DNA of 64,000 nucleotides from the human T2T-CHM13v2.0 reference genome, Homo sapiens (GCF_009914755.1 NC_060947.1), one strand, 5' to 3'; counted from the first letter of the stretch, positions 24,741 through 41,597 are shown. The notes: generated from the sequence alone by a model not told the origin. Translations and numbers: made by a program.

Positions 24741-26429
24741 TTCACAATGTATTGGCTTCTCTTTATTTAGCCAAGTTAGTTTTGAAGAGAACAATACAAT
24801 TCAACTAAACAAAGGAGAGTCAAGGCAAGGAGAGTGTATGATCAGGTGAGACTAGAGTTTTAAAGGGGGACATTTGTCCATTCCAAGATTTTGTCCAAAT
24901 TATTTTTTCAGCTTCAACTCACGTTTTGCATCCAATACAACTCATGTTCCAAAAAAAAATGTCCAGTGCTCCCTATATATACCCCATACTTTCTGGCATC
25001 TGTGTTTTCTCACATTATTTTCTCTATTTGTTTCTCCATCTCCAAAGTCGAATTCCAAGAATCACCAAGTTCCAGAGGCTACCCTCTCAATGGAACTTTC
25101 CTTGATGCCAGCAGCTGGAATTCATCTCCCTCATGTGAACATTCCTCACAACTTTCTAGAAAGGTTTCCATTGTTGCTTTGTATTGCCATTATGTGTCAT
25201 GTATCCTGACTTTCCAATTCGGCTGTGAATCCAGGAGCTAGCTGGTGGTGACTAGGCCAGGTCTTTTATCTCCTAGTCTAATCATCTTGCCTTGATCAAG
25301 CTCTGCCCACTAAAGTGCAATTGTTAAAGATCAAATACAGGGTGTCCTTTCGGTAGGAAACAATCCTCTACCTCGTTATCCAAAGAAGTCACTCAGGGTC
25401 ACACAGCATTTAAAATACTATCAGTGTGTGCCATTTTTTACATTCAATAATTTTTCTTCACATCAAAATTTGAATAATATTTTTATTGTCAAAAAATCAC
25501 CAGATAAATGGGTAAATTAGTCTCTCCCTCAAAAAAAGAGAACCAGGGATGTATACAATAAGCACAAGAAATGGATTAAATAATTATCAAAAAACAAACA
25601 GGGAAAAATAGAAATCAGATGGGACAATGGATATTTTGTGATGCTAGAAAGATTACAGAGAATACTGATAGGGAGAAGGCTATACAACCTCAGAATTTTC
25701 ACACTGTACATCTTTAAAACCTGGTCTCATTGGATTTTTTAGCTTTTATTTTGTGAGAATAAATTTCTCCACAACATTTATCAAAAATAAAAAGCTATGA
25801 TTAGGTATAACTTTGGAGGTAAAAATAATATGAAAAACTTAGTGAAATATAAAGAGAATAAAATCACCAATCTGTACACTTAATGTATGAATTTTATTGT
25901 ATGTAAATGAAGCTTTAATACAACTTACAAACCAAAAAGTAAATGAGATGGAGGTTACTATAGTACACAGACTAGTCTGAGAAGACTTCATCAAAAGAGA
26001 ACATTTTTTCTGATCACATTTAATCTCTAATCCTTTTATTTCAGTTCCAGAGATTAGGGTGTGAACATTTACTCCACCCTTTTGCCTTACTCTCTACCTT
26101 CTCTTCCAACCAAAAAGCATGGTGGGAGAGAAGCCCTCTTATTCCCAAATTGTGGAAAGCAAGCTGGAGGTAAACTCCTTCATTGTCTAATAAGTTTCCC
26201 TCACCATCCCCTGCAAGAGAAAAAGAGTAACTTTTATTGCCTGCCAGAGTTCTGTGATTCATTCTTATTTATAATTAACAACCTGCATGTTTCCAAAAGG
26301 TATCCCACATTAAAAAAAACACCAAATAAGAAACAATATACTGTCGGTGGGATTGTATAGTACCATACCTTTCGAAGGGTACTTTGAAATTCTTTTGTCT
26401 CAGAAATTACATGGCTAGTCATCTATCTT

Positions 26430-27095
26430 CACAAATTTATTCACTTAACAATTATTGAACACTCACTATGTGCTAGACACTGAGCTAAACACTGAAGAGA
26501 CAGTGGTAAATAACTCAGTATTAAGGCCTCATGGGGTTGTTATGTCACAGTAGGCAGTGATACTATAAAAACAGCATCAGGTAGTCATCAGTGCTCTGAA
26601 GGAAACTACAGAACAGTTGTGTTCACTTCATTGCTTCGTTCATAATTATTCATAACATAAATATGCATGACATGCATTATTGTTCATACATTTCATATGT
26701 ATCAAAGAATGCATAACAAAATAAAAGAGAAAACAGGGTGAGGGGACAAGAGTGATGGGAGTAAAAGGAAAATGCCACTATTTCTTGGGTAAACAGCCAG
26801 GGAACTTTTCTCTGATAAGATAACATGTCAGAAAGGCATGAAGCATGTCAGAAGGTGAGCCGCATAGAGCTCTGGGGCAACAGCCTTCCCAATGGAGGCA
26901 ATGGAAAATGCAAAGGTTCTGAGGCAGAAAGGGGCTTGGCATGTTCAAGGGATCATGAAAAAGTCAGTGTGGCTGGAATGGAGTGAGCAATGGGAAACAT
27001 GATCGTCATGGAGGTGGCAGGTAGCCATTTTCTGAAGGCCACTGTAGACCATGGTAAGGAAGTTAGACTCTACCTAACAAAGATGGGAAGACATT
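26430..27095 (-). mobile_element. L2a 3' part; target of the full-length L1 (continues briefly at about 33150-33215)
   Basis: TTATTGAACACTCACTATGTGCTAGACACTG start and typical antisense L2a text. Confidence 0.8.
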
Positions 27096-27118
27096 GAAAT
27101 GTACCGAATAGGAATTCC

Positions 27119-28018
27119 GAGCCAAGATGGCCGAATAGGAACAGTTCTGGTCTACAGCTCCCAGCGTGAGCAACGCAGAAGACGGTTGATTTCTGCATTT
27201 CCATCTGAGGTACCAGGTTCATCTCACTAGGGAGTGCCAGACAGTGGGCGCAGGTCAGTGGGTGCGCGCACTGTGCGCGAGCTGAAGCGGGGCGAGGCAT
27301 TGCCTCACTTGGGAAGCGCAAGGGGTCAGGGAGTTCCCTTTCTGAGTCAAAGAAAGGGGTGACGGACGGCACCTGGAAAATCGGGTCACTCCCACCTGAA
27401 TACTGCGCTTTTCCGACAGGCTTAAAAAACGGCACACCACGAGATTATATCCCGCACCTGGCTCGGAGGGTCCTACGCCCACGGAGCGTCGCTCATTGCT
27501 AGCACAGCAGTCTGAGATCAAACTGCAAGGCGGCAGCGAGGCTGGGGGAGGGGCGCCGGCCATTGCCCAGGCTTGATTAGGTAAACAAAGCAGCTGGGAA
27601 GCTCGAACTGGGTGGAGCCCACCACAGCTCAAGGAGGCCTGCCTGCCTCTGTAGGCTCCATCTCTGGGGGCAGGGCACAGACAAACAAAAAGACAGCAGT
27701 AACCTCTGCAGACTTAAATGTCCCTGTCTGACAGCTTTGAAGAGAGCAGTGGTTCTCCCAGCACGCAGCTTGAGATCTGAGAACGGGCAGACTGCCTCCT
27801 AAAGTGGGTCCCTGACCCCTGACCCCCGAGCAGCCTAACTGGGAGGCACCCCCCAGCAGGGGCACACTGACACCTCACACGGCAGGGTATTCCAACAGAC
27901 CTGCAGCTGAGGGTCCTGTCTGTTAGAAGGAAAACTAACAAACAGAAACGACATCCACACCAAAAACCCATCTATACATCACCATCATCAAAGACCAAAA
28001 GTAGATAAAACAACAAAG
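27119..28018 (+). promoter_or_regulatory. L1 5' UTR: internal sense promoter and antisense promoter
   Basis: YY1 site CAAGATGGCCG at 27123-27133, SOX-type AACAAA sites, many retained CpGs; the junction CACACGGCAGGGTATTCCAACAGACC indicates the short 5' UTR form lacking the ZNF93-bound 129-bp segment. Confidence 0.85.
27255..27563 (-). CDS. ORF0: L1 ORF0 (antisense 5' UTR ORF), open, 102 aa
   Basis: MAGAPPPASLPPCSLISDCCASN...SVGVGPSEPG...VGVTRFSRC is the known ORF0 N-terminus; ATG at 27563-27561. Confidence 0.8.
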   Translation of the reverse strand: MAGAPPPASLPPCSLISDCCASNERRSVGVGPSEPGAGYNLVVCRFLSLSEKRSIQVGVTRFSRCRPSPLSLTQKGNSLTPCASQVRQCLAPLQLAHSARTH

Positions 28019-29035
28019 ATGTGGAAAAAACAGAACAGAAAAACTGGAAACTCTAAAACGCAGAGCGCCTCTCCTCCTCCAAAGGAACGAAGTTCCTCAC
28101 CAGCAACAGAACAAAGCTGGATGGAGAATGACTTTGACGAGCTGAGAGAAGAAGGCTTCAGACGATCAAATTACTCTGAGCTACGAGAGGACATTCAAAC
28201 CAAAGGCAAAGAAGTTGAAAACTTTGAAAAAAATTTAGAAGAATATATCACTAGAATAACCAATACAGAGAAGTGCTTAAAGGAGCTGATGGAGCTGAAA
28301 ACCAAGGCTCGAGAACTACGTGAAGAATGCAGAAGCTTCAGTAGCTGATTCGATCAACTGGAAGAAAGGGTATCAGCAATGGAAGATGAAATGAATGAAA
28401 TGAAGTGAGAAGGGAAGTTTAGAGAAAAAAGAATAAAAAGAAATGAGCAAAGCCTCCAAAAAATATGGGACTATGTGAAAAGACCAAATCTACGTCTGAT
28501 TGGTGTACCTGAAAGTGATGGGGAGAATGGAACCAAGTTGGAAAACACTCTGCAGGATATTATCCAGGAGAACTTCCCCAATCTAGCAAGGCAGGCCAAC
28601 GTTCAGATTCAGGAAATACAGAGAACACCACAAAGATACTCCTCGAGAAGAGCAACTCCAAGACACATAATTGTCAGATTCACCAAAGTTGAAATGAAGG
28701 AAAAAATGTTAAGGGCAGCCAGAGAGAAAGGTCGGGTTACCCACAAAGGGAAGCCCATCAGACTAACAGCAGATCTCTCGGCAGAAACCCTACAAGCCAG
28801 AAGAGAGTGGGGGCCAATATTCAACATTCTTAAAGAAAAGAATTTTCAACCCAGAATTTCATATCCAGCCAAACTAAGCTTCATAAGTGAAGGAGAAATA
28901 AAATCCTTTACAGACAAGCAAATGCTGAGAGATTTTCTCACCACCAGGCCTGCCTTACAAGAGCTCCTGAAGGAAGCACTAAACATGGAAAGGAACAACC
29001 GCTACCAGCCGCTGCAAAATCATGCCAAAATGTAA
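28019..29035 (+). pseudogene. ORF1: L1 ORF1p, disrupted by two CGA>TGA stops (28346-28348 and 28406-28408)
   Basis: MWKKQNRKTGNSK... to ...RYQPLQNHAKM*, split in the ORF track into 28019-28348 and 28475-29035. Confidence 0.96.
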
Positions 29036-29071
29036 AGACCATCAAGACTAGGAAGAAACCGCATCAACTAA

Positions 29072-32925
<3,854 letters not shown>

Positions 32926-33254
32926 ACAATGAGATCACATGGACACAGGAAGGGGAATATCACACTCTGGGTACTGTTGTGGGGTGGGGGGAGGGGGGAG
33001 GGATAGCATCGGGAGATATACCTAATGCTAGATGACGAGTTAGTGGGTGCAGCGCACCAGCATGGCACATGTATACATATGTAACTAACCTGCACAATGT
33101 GCACATGTACCCTAAAACTTAAAGTATAATAAAAAAAAAGAAAGGTACCAAGTAGGCTTATGCTTTAAAATGATCATGCACTGGCTGCTGTTTGGAAAAC
33201 AGACGATAGGAAGACAAAGGTATAGAAATGCACAGACATAGGTACAATGATGGT

Positions 33255-33555
33255 CACTGTCTCTGTATTTAAAGAGATGAAAAATAAAAACAGCTGAAAT
33301 ATCCACCAATGAGAGTAGGTTAAAGAAATGATGTAACATGCAACCATCTCCTGGACCACTGGGCAGCCCTTCAAAGGAATGAGGCAGAACTATGTGTAAT
33401 ATTTGGAAAGATGCCTATTACATGCTGTTAAGTGAACAAAAAGCCAGTTGTAAAACAAAATGGTAAGATCCCTCTTTTACTAAAAAGAAGAAAACATGTA
33501 GAGCACCACACACACACACCCTTTTTTGTGGAAGCATAGAAAATATTAAGCGAGT
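33255..33555 (+). mobile_element. L1ME-type 3' UTR fragment
   Basis: AAATATCCACCAAT...GTTAAGTGAACAAAAAGC pattern. Confidence 0.6.
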
Positions 33556-33559
33556 AATT

Positions 33560-34153
33560 TATGGTAGACAGAATAATGGAACCCCCAAATATATTCACAC
33601 CCTAATCCCAGAAACTGTGAATACGTGACCTTATTCACCGTAAATATGTGACCTTATTCAAAGTAAAAAGGACTTTGCAGATATGATTAAGGGTGTGAAC
33701 CTTATGATAGGGAGAGCATGCTGGTTCACTTAGGTGGATCCAATCAAAGCACATGAGTCCTTAAGAGAGATAAACTTCCCTCGCTGAATCAGAAAGATGG
33801 CAGCATCAGAAAGATTTGATGCATTGTTCCTTGTTCTGAGATGTAGGAGGCTGTGTGAAAGAACCACAGGGAGGCCTTCAATAATTAAGGGCAGCCCCTG
33901 CAAGACAGCCAGCAATGAAAGGGGGACCTCAGTTCTGCAACAGCAAGGCACTAAGTTCTGCCAACATCTGAATGAGCTTGGAATCCAATTCTTCCCTAAA
34001 TCCTCCAGAAAAGAACACAGCCCTGCCCATAATTTGACTTTAGCCCTGTAAGACCCATAGCTGACTTATGATCTCTAGAACTGCAATCTGTATTGTTTTA
34101 AGCCACTAAGTTTGTGGTGATTTGTTAAAGCAGCAATAGAAAACCAATAATAC
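33560..34153 (+). mobile_element. MLT1D/E-like solo LTR
   Basis: TGGTAGACAGAATAATGG start; TTTTAAGCCACTAAGTTTGTGGTGATTTGTT...GCAGCAATAGAAAAC end. Confidence 0.82.
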
Positions 34154-34224
34154 GTAACCTCAGCCAGCAGGATCTCACAGCAAAAGAGGATCCCAAGAAA
34201 AAATTAGAGAAATTAGATTGGTTA

Positions 34225-34357
34225 GATCTTATTCCTGGCCCAAACCCCAGAGTCTCTGATTCAGCAGGTCTGGGGTGGGGCTTCAGAGTTTGCGTTTCTA
34301 ACAAGTTCCTAGGGGATGGAGGTGCTGCTGGTCCAGGACTACAGTTTGAGTACTGTT
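34225..34357. mobile_element. MER5A (hAT-Charlie) fragment
   Basis: TCTGATTCAGCAGGTCTGGGGTGGGG...TTTCTAACAAGTTCC...GCTGCTGGTCC. Confidence 0.8.
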
Positions 34358-34361
34358 GATC

Positions 34362-34596
34362 AAGAGAATAGGGTCTAGAACCATACCTACTGGAACCAAA
34401 TTTTGGTTCCACTGCATACTCACTTTTGACCTTAAGCAAATTATCTTTGCCCTAGTTTTTTCAACCATTAAGGGGATGGTAATACTAGTTTCTACCTCAT
34501 GAGCTTATTCTGAGACTAAATTAGTTAATATATGTAAAATATTTAGAAAGCTGCCAGCACATATTTAGAACTAGGTATATTTTAACCATTATTACT
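34362..34596 (+). mobile_element. MIR
   Basis: MIR core (GACCTTAAGCAAATTA, CTACCTCAT...GAGACTAAATTAGTTAATATATGTAAA). Confidence 0.75.
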
Positions 34597-34989
34597 TTAC
34601 TGTGTACTTATTTGACCTGTAATCTGTTTTTTTACAATCAAATAGAATCTCTCTTTGAAAGTCATTCATATCCTTTTCCAAGTGCCTTCCCTTTTTCTCA
34701 CTTTCTCTGACATCCTATTAACCTTTAGACCAAAACCTTCATAGATAGACCTCTTTCTTCAGCAAACCTGGCCCTCACTGGGGAAATAAAAGCCTCCAGC
34801 TACAAAACAACAACTGCCCTTTCTCCTTTCCTGCACCTTCTCCTTCACTCTTTTTCCCATCAGTTGAAGGGGAAATGCTTCAGGAAAAGGGAACTGCTAC
34901 AACAGCAAATCTTTCTTGCTCAGCCTTCCCTTTCAATACTTTAATAATTGAGCTGGTCTGCTCTACTCTGAGTGAGCTCTAGAATTATT

Positions 34990-35450
34990 GTTCTCCTGAG
35001 AATTTGACGAGGCAATACTGAAATAACAAATGTAATTTACTTCAACTTTCGCTAAACAAAACAAAATGGTTTATGCATCATCACGTCGCGTCTTTTTGAT
35101 AAGCCACCTCTACTCATGATCAAAAATATGCGGCTGATAAATAAATTCAATCAGCAGACAAGGCTCTTGTAGCTCTTTAAATTGTCAATCTCTATTGACA
35201 ATAGCAGCAATTTCAGCTAAACACTGAGGAGGCCAGCAGGCCACTAACTCCCAGCCTCCGCTCCCACTTGCAAACAGAGCCCCACTGTGGCTCTGCAAGC
35301 CCTTCGCCCACACTCTCACCTACCCGGCCACCAATAGGCAGCTTCTCAGCCTAATTGTACCTTTATCTGCTACAACTTTGAACTCAGCGAAATTTATACC
35401 AGGTGTTGCAAATTTTTTACTGGTAATGAGTTAATTTACACAGATGGCTG
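34990..35450. promoter_or_regulatory. Candidate conserved non-coding element or enhancer
   Basis: Unique sequence with retained CpGs, homeobox/FOX/GATA-like cores and two inverted repeats; function is inferred only. Confidence 0.4.
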
Positions 35451-36139
35451 TCACTTCTCCATTTCTCCAGCTCCTTTGCTGATAAGGCAGGAAACAGCTT
35501 GACTGTGCAGAGCCCGTGGAGCCCAGAAAAGTCGGGGATGGGGAGTGGTCCCTGACCAAATGGACACGCCCTGGCTCCAGAGCTCTGCCCTGGCCCCCAG
35601 AGCAAGCCAAGCCTTACCCACCGACCCTGCCAACTCTAGCCCAGGACTTTTAGTTCCCTGCTAAAAGAGCTCTTACACAACTGAAACGAGACCAACCAAC
35701 CCACTAGTTGGGAGGGCGGGGGGTGGCAAGAGAGATGTGATTATAAGTACCTTTTAAATCCCAGGAAATTCATCTTTTCAATTGCTTTTGTTGGTTTTTC
35801 AACCCGGAAGGCCTCAAATGCGTGCTAAAGCATCTTGTGAAAGTGCTAACGGGGGATGCAGCGCCTCAGAGTTAGATACTGCCAAATAAGGCACCCTCCT
35901 CACTGTGTGAAGCCCTCTGGGTTAGTGGCTCTGCAGGCAAGGCGGCAGCAAGCGCCCAGGGCTGGGCTGGGACTGTCTCCCAGCCTGCCTATATAATGGA
36001 AAACTGTATCAATAATAATAGGTAACATTATATACAATGTTATATGTAATCATAATGGCACCAAATATAATTCACGGTTAACATTTCGCATTCAATGCCT
36101 TCACCTGGTGGATTTCGAATCTGACCAAGAATTCCAATC

Positions 36140-36282
36140 ACCTACAGAGCGTTTCCAACTCTTGAAGCCCAGGTTACACTCCATACTACTCAAATCGGAT
36201 CTCTAAAGGCAGGAGCCAGTGGGCAGTGTTTGTTAAAGATGATTCCAGGTGATTCCAATGTACAGCAAAGTTTAGGAACTGC
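36140..36282. mobile_element. MER5-like fragment
   Basis: CCAGGTGATTCCAATGTACAGCAAAGTTTAGGAACTGCT end. Confidence 0.6.
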
Positions 36283-37538
36283 TACCTGAACCCAAAGGAG
36301 AGACATCAGCAACCCTGGACAGGCAAGCAGGAGCTAATTTTTTGAGTTGAGCCAACTCTCCACATAAAGTGCCATCCCCTAGCCTCTAGCCTGTTCCATC
36401 CCTGCTGGTACCGTGTTTGTTTTCTTTTAATTTTTTGAGGGCAGGGGATGCCAAGGTCCCCCAGGCATATAATGTCTTTCATGAATAATGTCTTAATGTC
36501 TTTAAGAAACTATGCTCTACAAGCCATACTACTAGCAGCCTGGGTCACTGCCAGCCTCCCATTACCCATGCTGGACCCAATCAATCTTAGCCACACCCTG
36601 TCCCTCATCTTTCCCCTCCCCTTGCAGTCCATGACCATCCTGTTCCCACCACAACAAAGCATTCCCTGAATCCCGGCTCCAACTGTCCACCTCCTAGCCA
36701 TCAATGCAGGCACAACCCGAGTGCCATTCCCTCCATGAAATCTATGTTGATCTTCTCTCCAAGTTGTCTCTACAAATCTGAGGGTCAGGTCTATAGATTT
36801 AATGAAAAGAGCATCACACATAGATCAGTAGACCTGGATGTGAGATTTCACCACTGTAACCGAAATGCTAGTTGTTGAGTCAATTTTATTTTCCCCTTCT
36901 TCCTTAAAACTATCCTTGGACTGCCTAACACTGTGCTGATTTTACTGGGAAAAAACCCAAACCTCTACCTTGATCCACCAGGTGATGTTATTAACAGCCA
37001 AACCTAACTTGAACTGGAACAAGTAGATGCTGGTTGTGAGATCCTGGACAGGCCATTGTTCTTCTGAACCTTAGTTTCTTCAACTATAAAATAGGAAGAA
37101 AATGAGCTGTGAGGATTATTTAAAATCACCTAACAGTTAGTTGAACTTGTCTGTATCTTAATTAATTGAATAAAAACTTCTCACTTCGTAGACAATGGAA
37201 CTGAGCACTTAAAGGGGAAGTGCTTTGCTCAAGGACACAAAGAAAATTAGTAGCAGGTGCAGGAATTAAAACCAGAGCCCCTTTGATTTGGAACTCAACT
37301 TAAATCAACAGAACTCAGGCTTAACTACTTGAAAATCATTGCAAGCAGTAATGAGAAAATATTGATTTAAAAATCATGTTAGTAGATGATCAAAAACAGA
37401 AGCTATTTAGTCCATTAGGAATTGCTTTTAAGCTGGGAGGGTGTGGGAAAGATCTTATAGAAAGATAACCAACAGTCAATTATGCCCACACTAGGTATGG
37501 AATAGTTTATTCTCCACTCATGTGAAATGCTATCTTTA

Positions 37539-37570
<32 letters not shown>

Positions 37571-37989
37571 ATCTCACGGATCTATTTGTCTATTCCTGTG
37601 CCAATAAGTCATTGTGCTGATTAATGGCAAGACGAGCCCCTCCTACCATGTTCCTTTAAAAAGTTTTATTCGCTTTTGTTGCTTTCTCTTTCTAATGAAT
37701 TCTAGAATCAGCTTCTCAAATTCTATAAAACATCTCACTGTGATATTAATTGGGTTGCATTACATTTATAATTTCTGGAGAACTGACATCTTTACTATAA
37801 TAATAGTGCTTATTGTGTACCAGGTATGATTCTATTTTCCCTGCCAGGTGCCAAGTAAATTATCTAAGCATTTGGGGTATATTTTCAAAAATATAGACAT
37901 GTATTTATATTTTATTTTATTTCTTATGTCAAAAAATTAAAACAGAGATTCTTGCCCTCAAGAAGCTTATATTTTGGCAGAGGTAGTCA

Positions 37990-38305
<316 letters not shown>

Positions 38306-38479
38306 ATAAGTAAATGATATCATATGCTAGAGGGTAGTTAGTGCTATAGAAAATAAAATGAGGAGGGAAAGTAGGATACAGGGAATCAGGAGAGCAGGGT
38401 GCAGGTCACACAGCCTTATATAGGTTAATCATGGTAGAATAACTCATTGATTCCTCAGTGAACCTTAACTCTATGGCTA

Positions 38480-38635
38480 CTGACACTTTACAGGGAAATA
38501 AAATTGAGGCACAAAGAGGTTTAAGTAATAGGCCAAAGTCACACTGCTAGGAAGTGACAGAGCCAGGATTTGAAGTTGAGCAGGCTGGGCTCCAGATTCC
38601 TGGAGCCAGAGTCAATATTCCTAACCCTACACTGC
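38480..38635 (-). mobile_element. MIR
   Basis: TGAGGCACAAAGAGGTTTAAGTAA...GTCACAC...GCCAGGATTTGAA. Confidence 0.75.
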
Positions 38636-38679
38636 ATGCCATCCAGGTTCCAGGTATGTTTCTCAATTTCCATCCATCT

Positions 38680-41150
38680 TTATATCCATCAGCAAAATAT
38701 AACATTTTTCATTTAGTATGGCACATTTCTTGTTCAGTTTATTTTTATGTATTTATACTATTTCTTGCCATTGCAATGTGAAATATTTTCACCATGACAT
38801 TTTCTAATCAGCTTTTGCTACTGTATGGAAAAGCTATTGATTTTTATGTGGTAATCAGCTATCTCTGAGTGCTTATAAGTTCCAGTAGTCTTCCGGTTGG
38901 TTTTCTTGGATTTTATAATTAGAAACACATAAAATAACAGTTTGCCTCTTCCTTTCCATTATGTTTTTATATTTCATTTTTGCTCCTGCAGTTCTAAGTA
39001 TTTTCAAATTTTCACTGTGATTCCAGTTTTGACCCATTGGTTATTTTTAAGTGTGTTAATTTTCAAATATGTGGTAATTTTCTAGTTATCTTTTGTTATT
39101 GATTTCTAGCTTATTTCTACTATGGTCAGACATTCTAATCTATGCGATTTCAGCCCTTTGAAATTTGTTGAGCCTTGCTTTATGGTCCAATAATGGTTGA
39201 TTTTGGTAAATATTCCATGTGCAATTGAAAAAAAATTCCGCCATTGTTAAATGCTGTGTTCTATAAATGTCAATGAAGTCAAATGTGTTAACCATGTTCA
39301 CATGTTCTATATACTTACTGATTTTTTTAATCTGCTTATTCCTTTAATGGTTAATCTAGAGATTGTAACATGCATTGTTGTTTTTCAAATTAGCACAAGT
39401 GTATGCAGGGACCTTAAAACATTCCAATTCCATTTACTCCCTCCTGCCACTTGTGGTATTTGTTGTTTTTATAAAATGTTTTTTTTAATTGTTATTTTTG
39501 TGTAAACAGAAGCAATATTTATTCAGATTTTTCCATATAGTAATAATTACCTTTTCTATTGCTCTTTATTCTTTCTTGCATCTACTTGGGATAATTTTTC
39601 TGCTGCCTGAAAAGCAGTATTTAGGTATTTCTTTTAGTGCAGGTGTCCTGGTGATGAATTCCCTTAATTACTTTTTATTTGAAAATGTCTGTGTCTTCCC
39701 TTCATTTGTTAAAGATAACTTAATGAATAAAGAATTCCAGGTCGGTGGTTATTTTCTTTCACTATTTTAAAGATGTCATTTTATTTGCTTCTGGCTTCTA
39801 CTGTTTCTTTGACAGGTCAATATCAATCTCACAGTTTCTCCTTTGAAAAGGATATGTCCTTTTTCTTCTGGCTGGTTTTAAGATTTTCTGTTTGTCTTTG
39901 GTTTTTCAGCAGTTTGACTATAATGTATACAAGAGAAACCATGCTTGAATTTTATAGGACTTTCATAATCTTTGTTTCAATATGTTTCATCAATTTTAGA
40001 AAATTCTCAGTCATTATCTACTTAAACATCACTTCTCTCTTCTTCTAGGATTCCAGTCTCACATATGTTAGACTCTGTCACACTATGTCATATTATCTTA
40101 CGTTCATTTCTGTATTTTTATTCTTTTGTCCCTTTTGTGCTTCAGTCTAAAATTTTTTCTTCAAAATTATATTTCTATTCACTAATTTTCTTTTCAGTTT
40201 TATTTAATTTGTTCTTAAATCTATCCATTGAGCTCTTAATTTATTGCTTTCCATGAGTCTGTCAAAAGCTCAGCTCAGCTGCTTGGCCTCTCATCCACTA
40301 CTTTTCAGAATCAATAATTTCTTAGTAGGGTAAAGCAGCATAAAATACCAGACTCCCCTCCCTGGGCTTCTGTCTGGGACCTTGGCCCTGAAAATCCTCC
40401 CTGCCTTGTTAGTTCCCTGATGACTCCAAAGAAGTGCTTTGAAATATTATTATTGAGCTTCATTCACTGTCTTCAGCAGGAGGATTGGTATAAAGCAACC
40501 TATTCCACCACTGCTAAAGGTGGGATTTCTTCATTATTTTGGGAAACAGCATAGTACTTACAAGGCTTTGAACTGTGTCTGGCATGACAGAATGTACTCA
40601 ATAAGTTTATGTTATTATTGTACACAAATGAACCCATAGTTCCTTTTCTGTGTGTTATCTTGATTGTTTTTAGTATCATTATTTTGCCGGCTTTGTATAA
40701 TGGGTTAGTTGACATTCCATATTTCTCTATCTTCTAAAACTGTTCATATAATATAGAGATTATCTGTTTCTTGAAGATTTGATATAACTCACCCATAAAA
40801 TTACTTGAGCCTACTATTGTTTTTAGGGGCAAACTTTTGGTTACCTTTTTAATTTCTTCTATAATTATTAATTATCTCTGTATAGGAATTATTCTAAAAC
40901 TATATCAGAAATTCAGACATTATTCTTATTCATATTTTCCATCTCTTAAAAAATTTACAAAATTACCAGTAGAGGTTAAATACAATATTTTAACAAAGTT
41001 TCTTCTGGGTCTGTGGTTATACCTCATTTATCATTTCTAATGTAATTTGTGTTTTTTCTGGCTTTTTAAGTCACATTTGACTAATTTTATTTAATTTTTA
41101 GGAAAAAAAAGCTTTTGGTTTTATGGATCAAGTCTACTGTTTTGTTGTTA
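38680..41150 (-). mobile_element. Ancient L1M fragments (ORF2, inter-ORF, ORF1, 5' end)
   Basis: Long T-rich antisense L1-like tract (CCTTTGAAATTTGTTGAG, GGTGATGAATTCCCTTAAT, GAAAATTCTCAGTCATTAT-like motifs). Confidence 0.7.
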
Positions 41151-41190
41151 TTGTTGTGAGAAGGTACATGTCTCACTTTGGGGCTGAGGT

Positions 41191-41597
41191 TGTGTTAGCC
41201 CATATGCATCACTATAAAGGAATACCTGAGGGTGGGTAATTTGTAAAGGAAAGAGATTTATTTTGGCTCACAGTTCTGCAGGCTGTACAGGAAGCATGGT
41301 ACCAGCATCTGCTTCTGATGAGGGCCTCAGGAAGCTTCCAGTCATGGTGGAAGGTGAAGGGGGAGCCAGCGTATCACATGGTAAGAGAGAAAGCAAGGGA
41401 CGGGGAGGTGCCACACTCTTTCAAACAACCATCCCTCTCATGAACTCAGAGAAAAAACTCACTCATTACAGAGAGGAGAGCACCAAACCATTCATGAGGG
41501 ATCCACCCCCATGACCCAACACCAGGCCCCACTTCCAACATTGGAGATTATATTTCAGCATGAGATTTCGAGGGGACAAAACATCCAAACCATATCA
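41191..41597 (-). mobile_element. MSTB-like solo LTR
   Basis: TGTGTTAG...GGCTCACAGTTCTGCAGGCTGTACAGGAAGCATGG...CAAACCATATCA. Confidence 0.88.

Noticed and set aside
32981-33003. G-quadruplex-forming tract
   Set aside because: Standard polypurine tract of the L1 3' UTR.
35988-35999. CCTATATAATGG as an SRF CArG box
   Set aside because: It has 8 A/T between CC and GG rather than the canonical 6.
39251-40256. Run of hydrophobic, membrane-protein-like ORFs
   Set aside because: T-rich antisense L1 sequence yields Phe/Leu/Ile-rich frames by composition alone.
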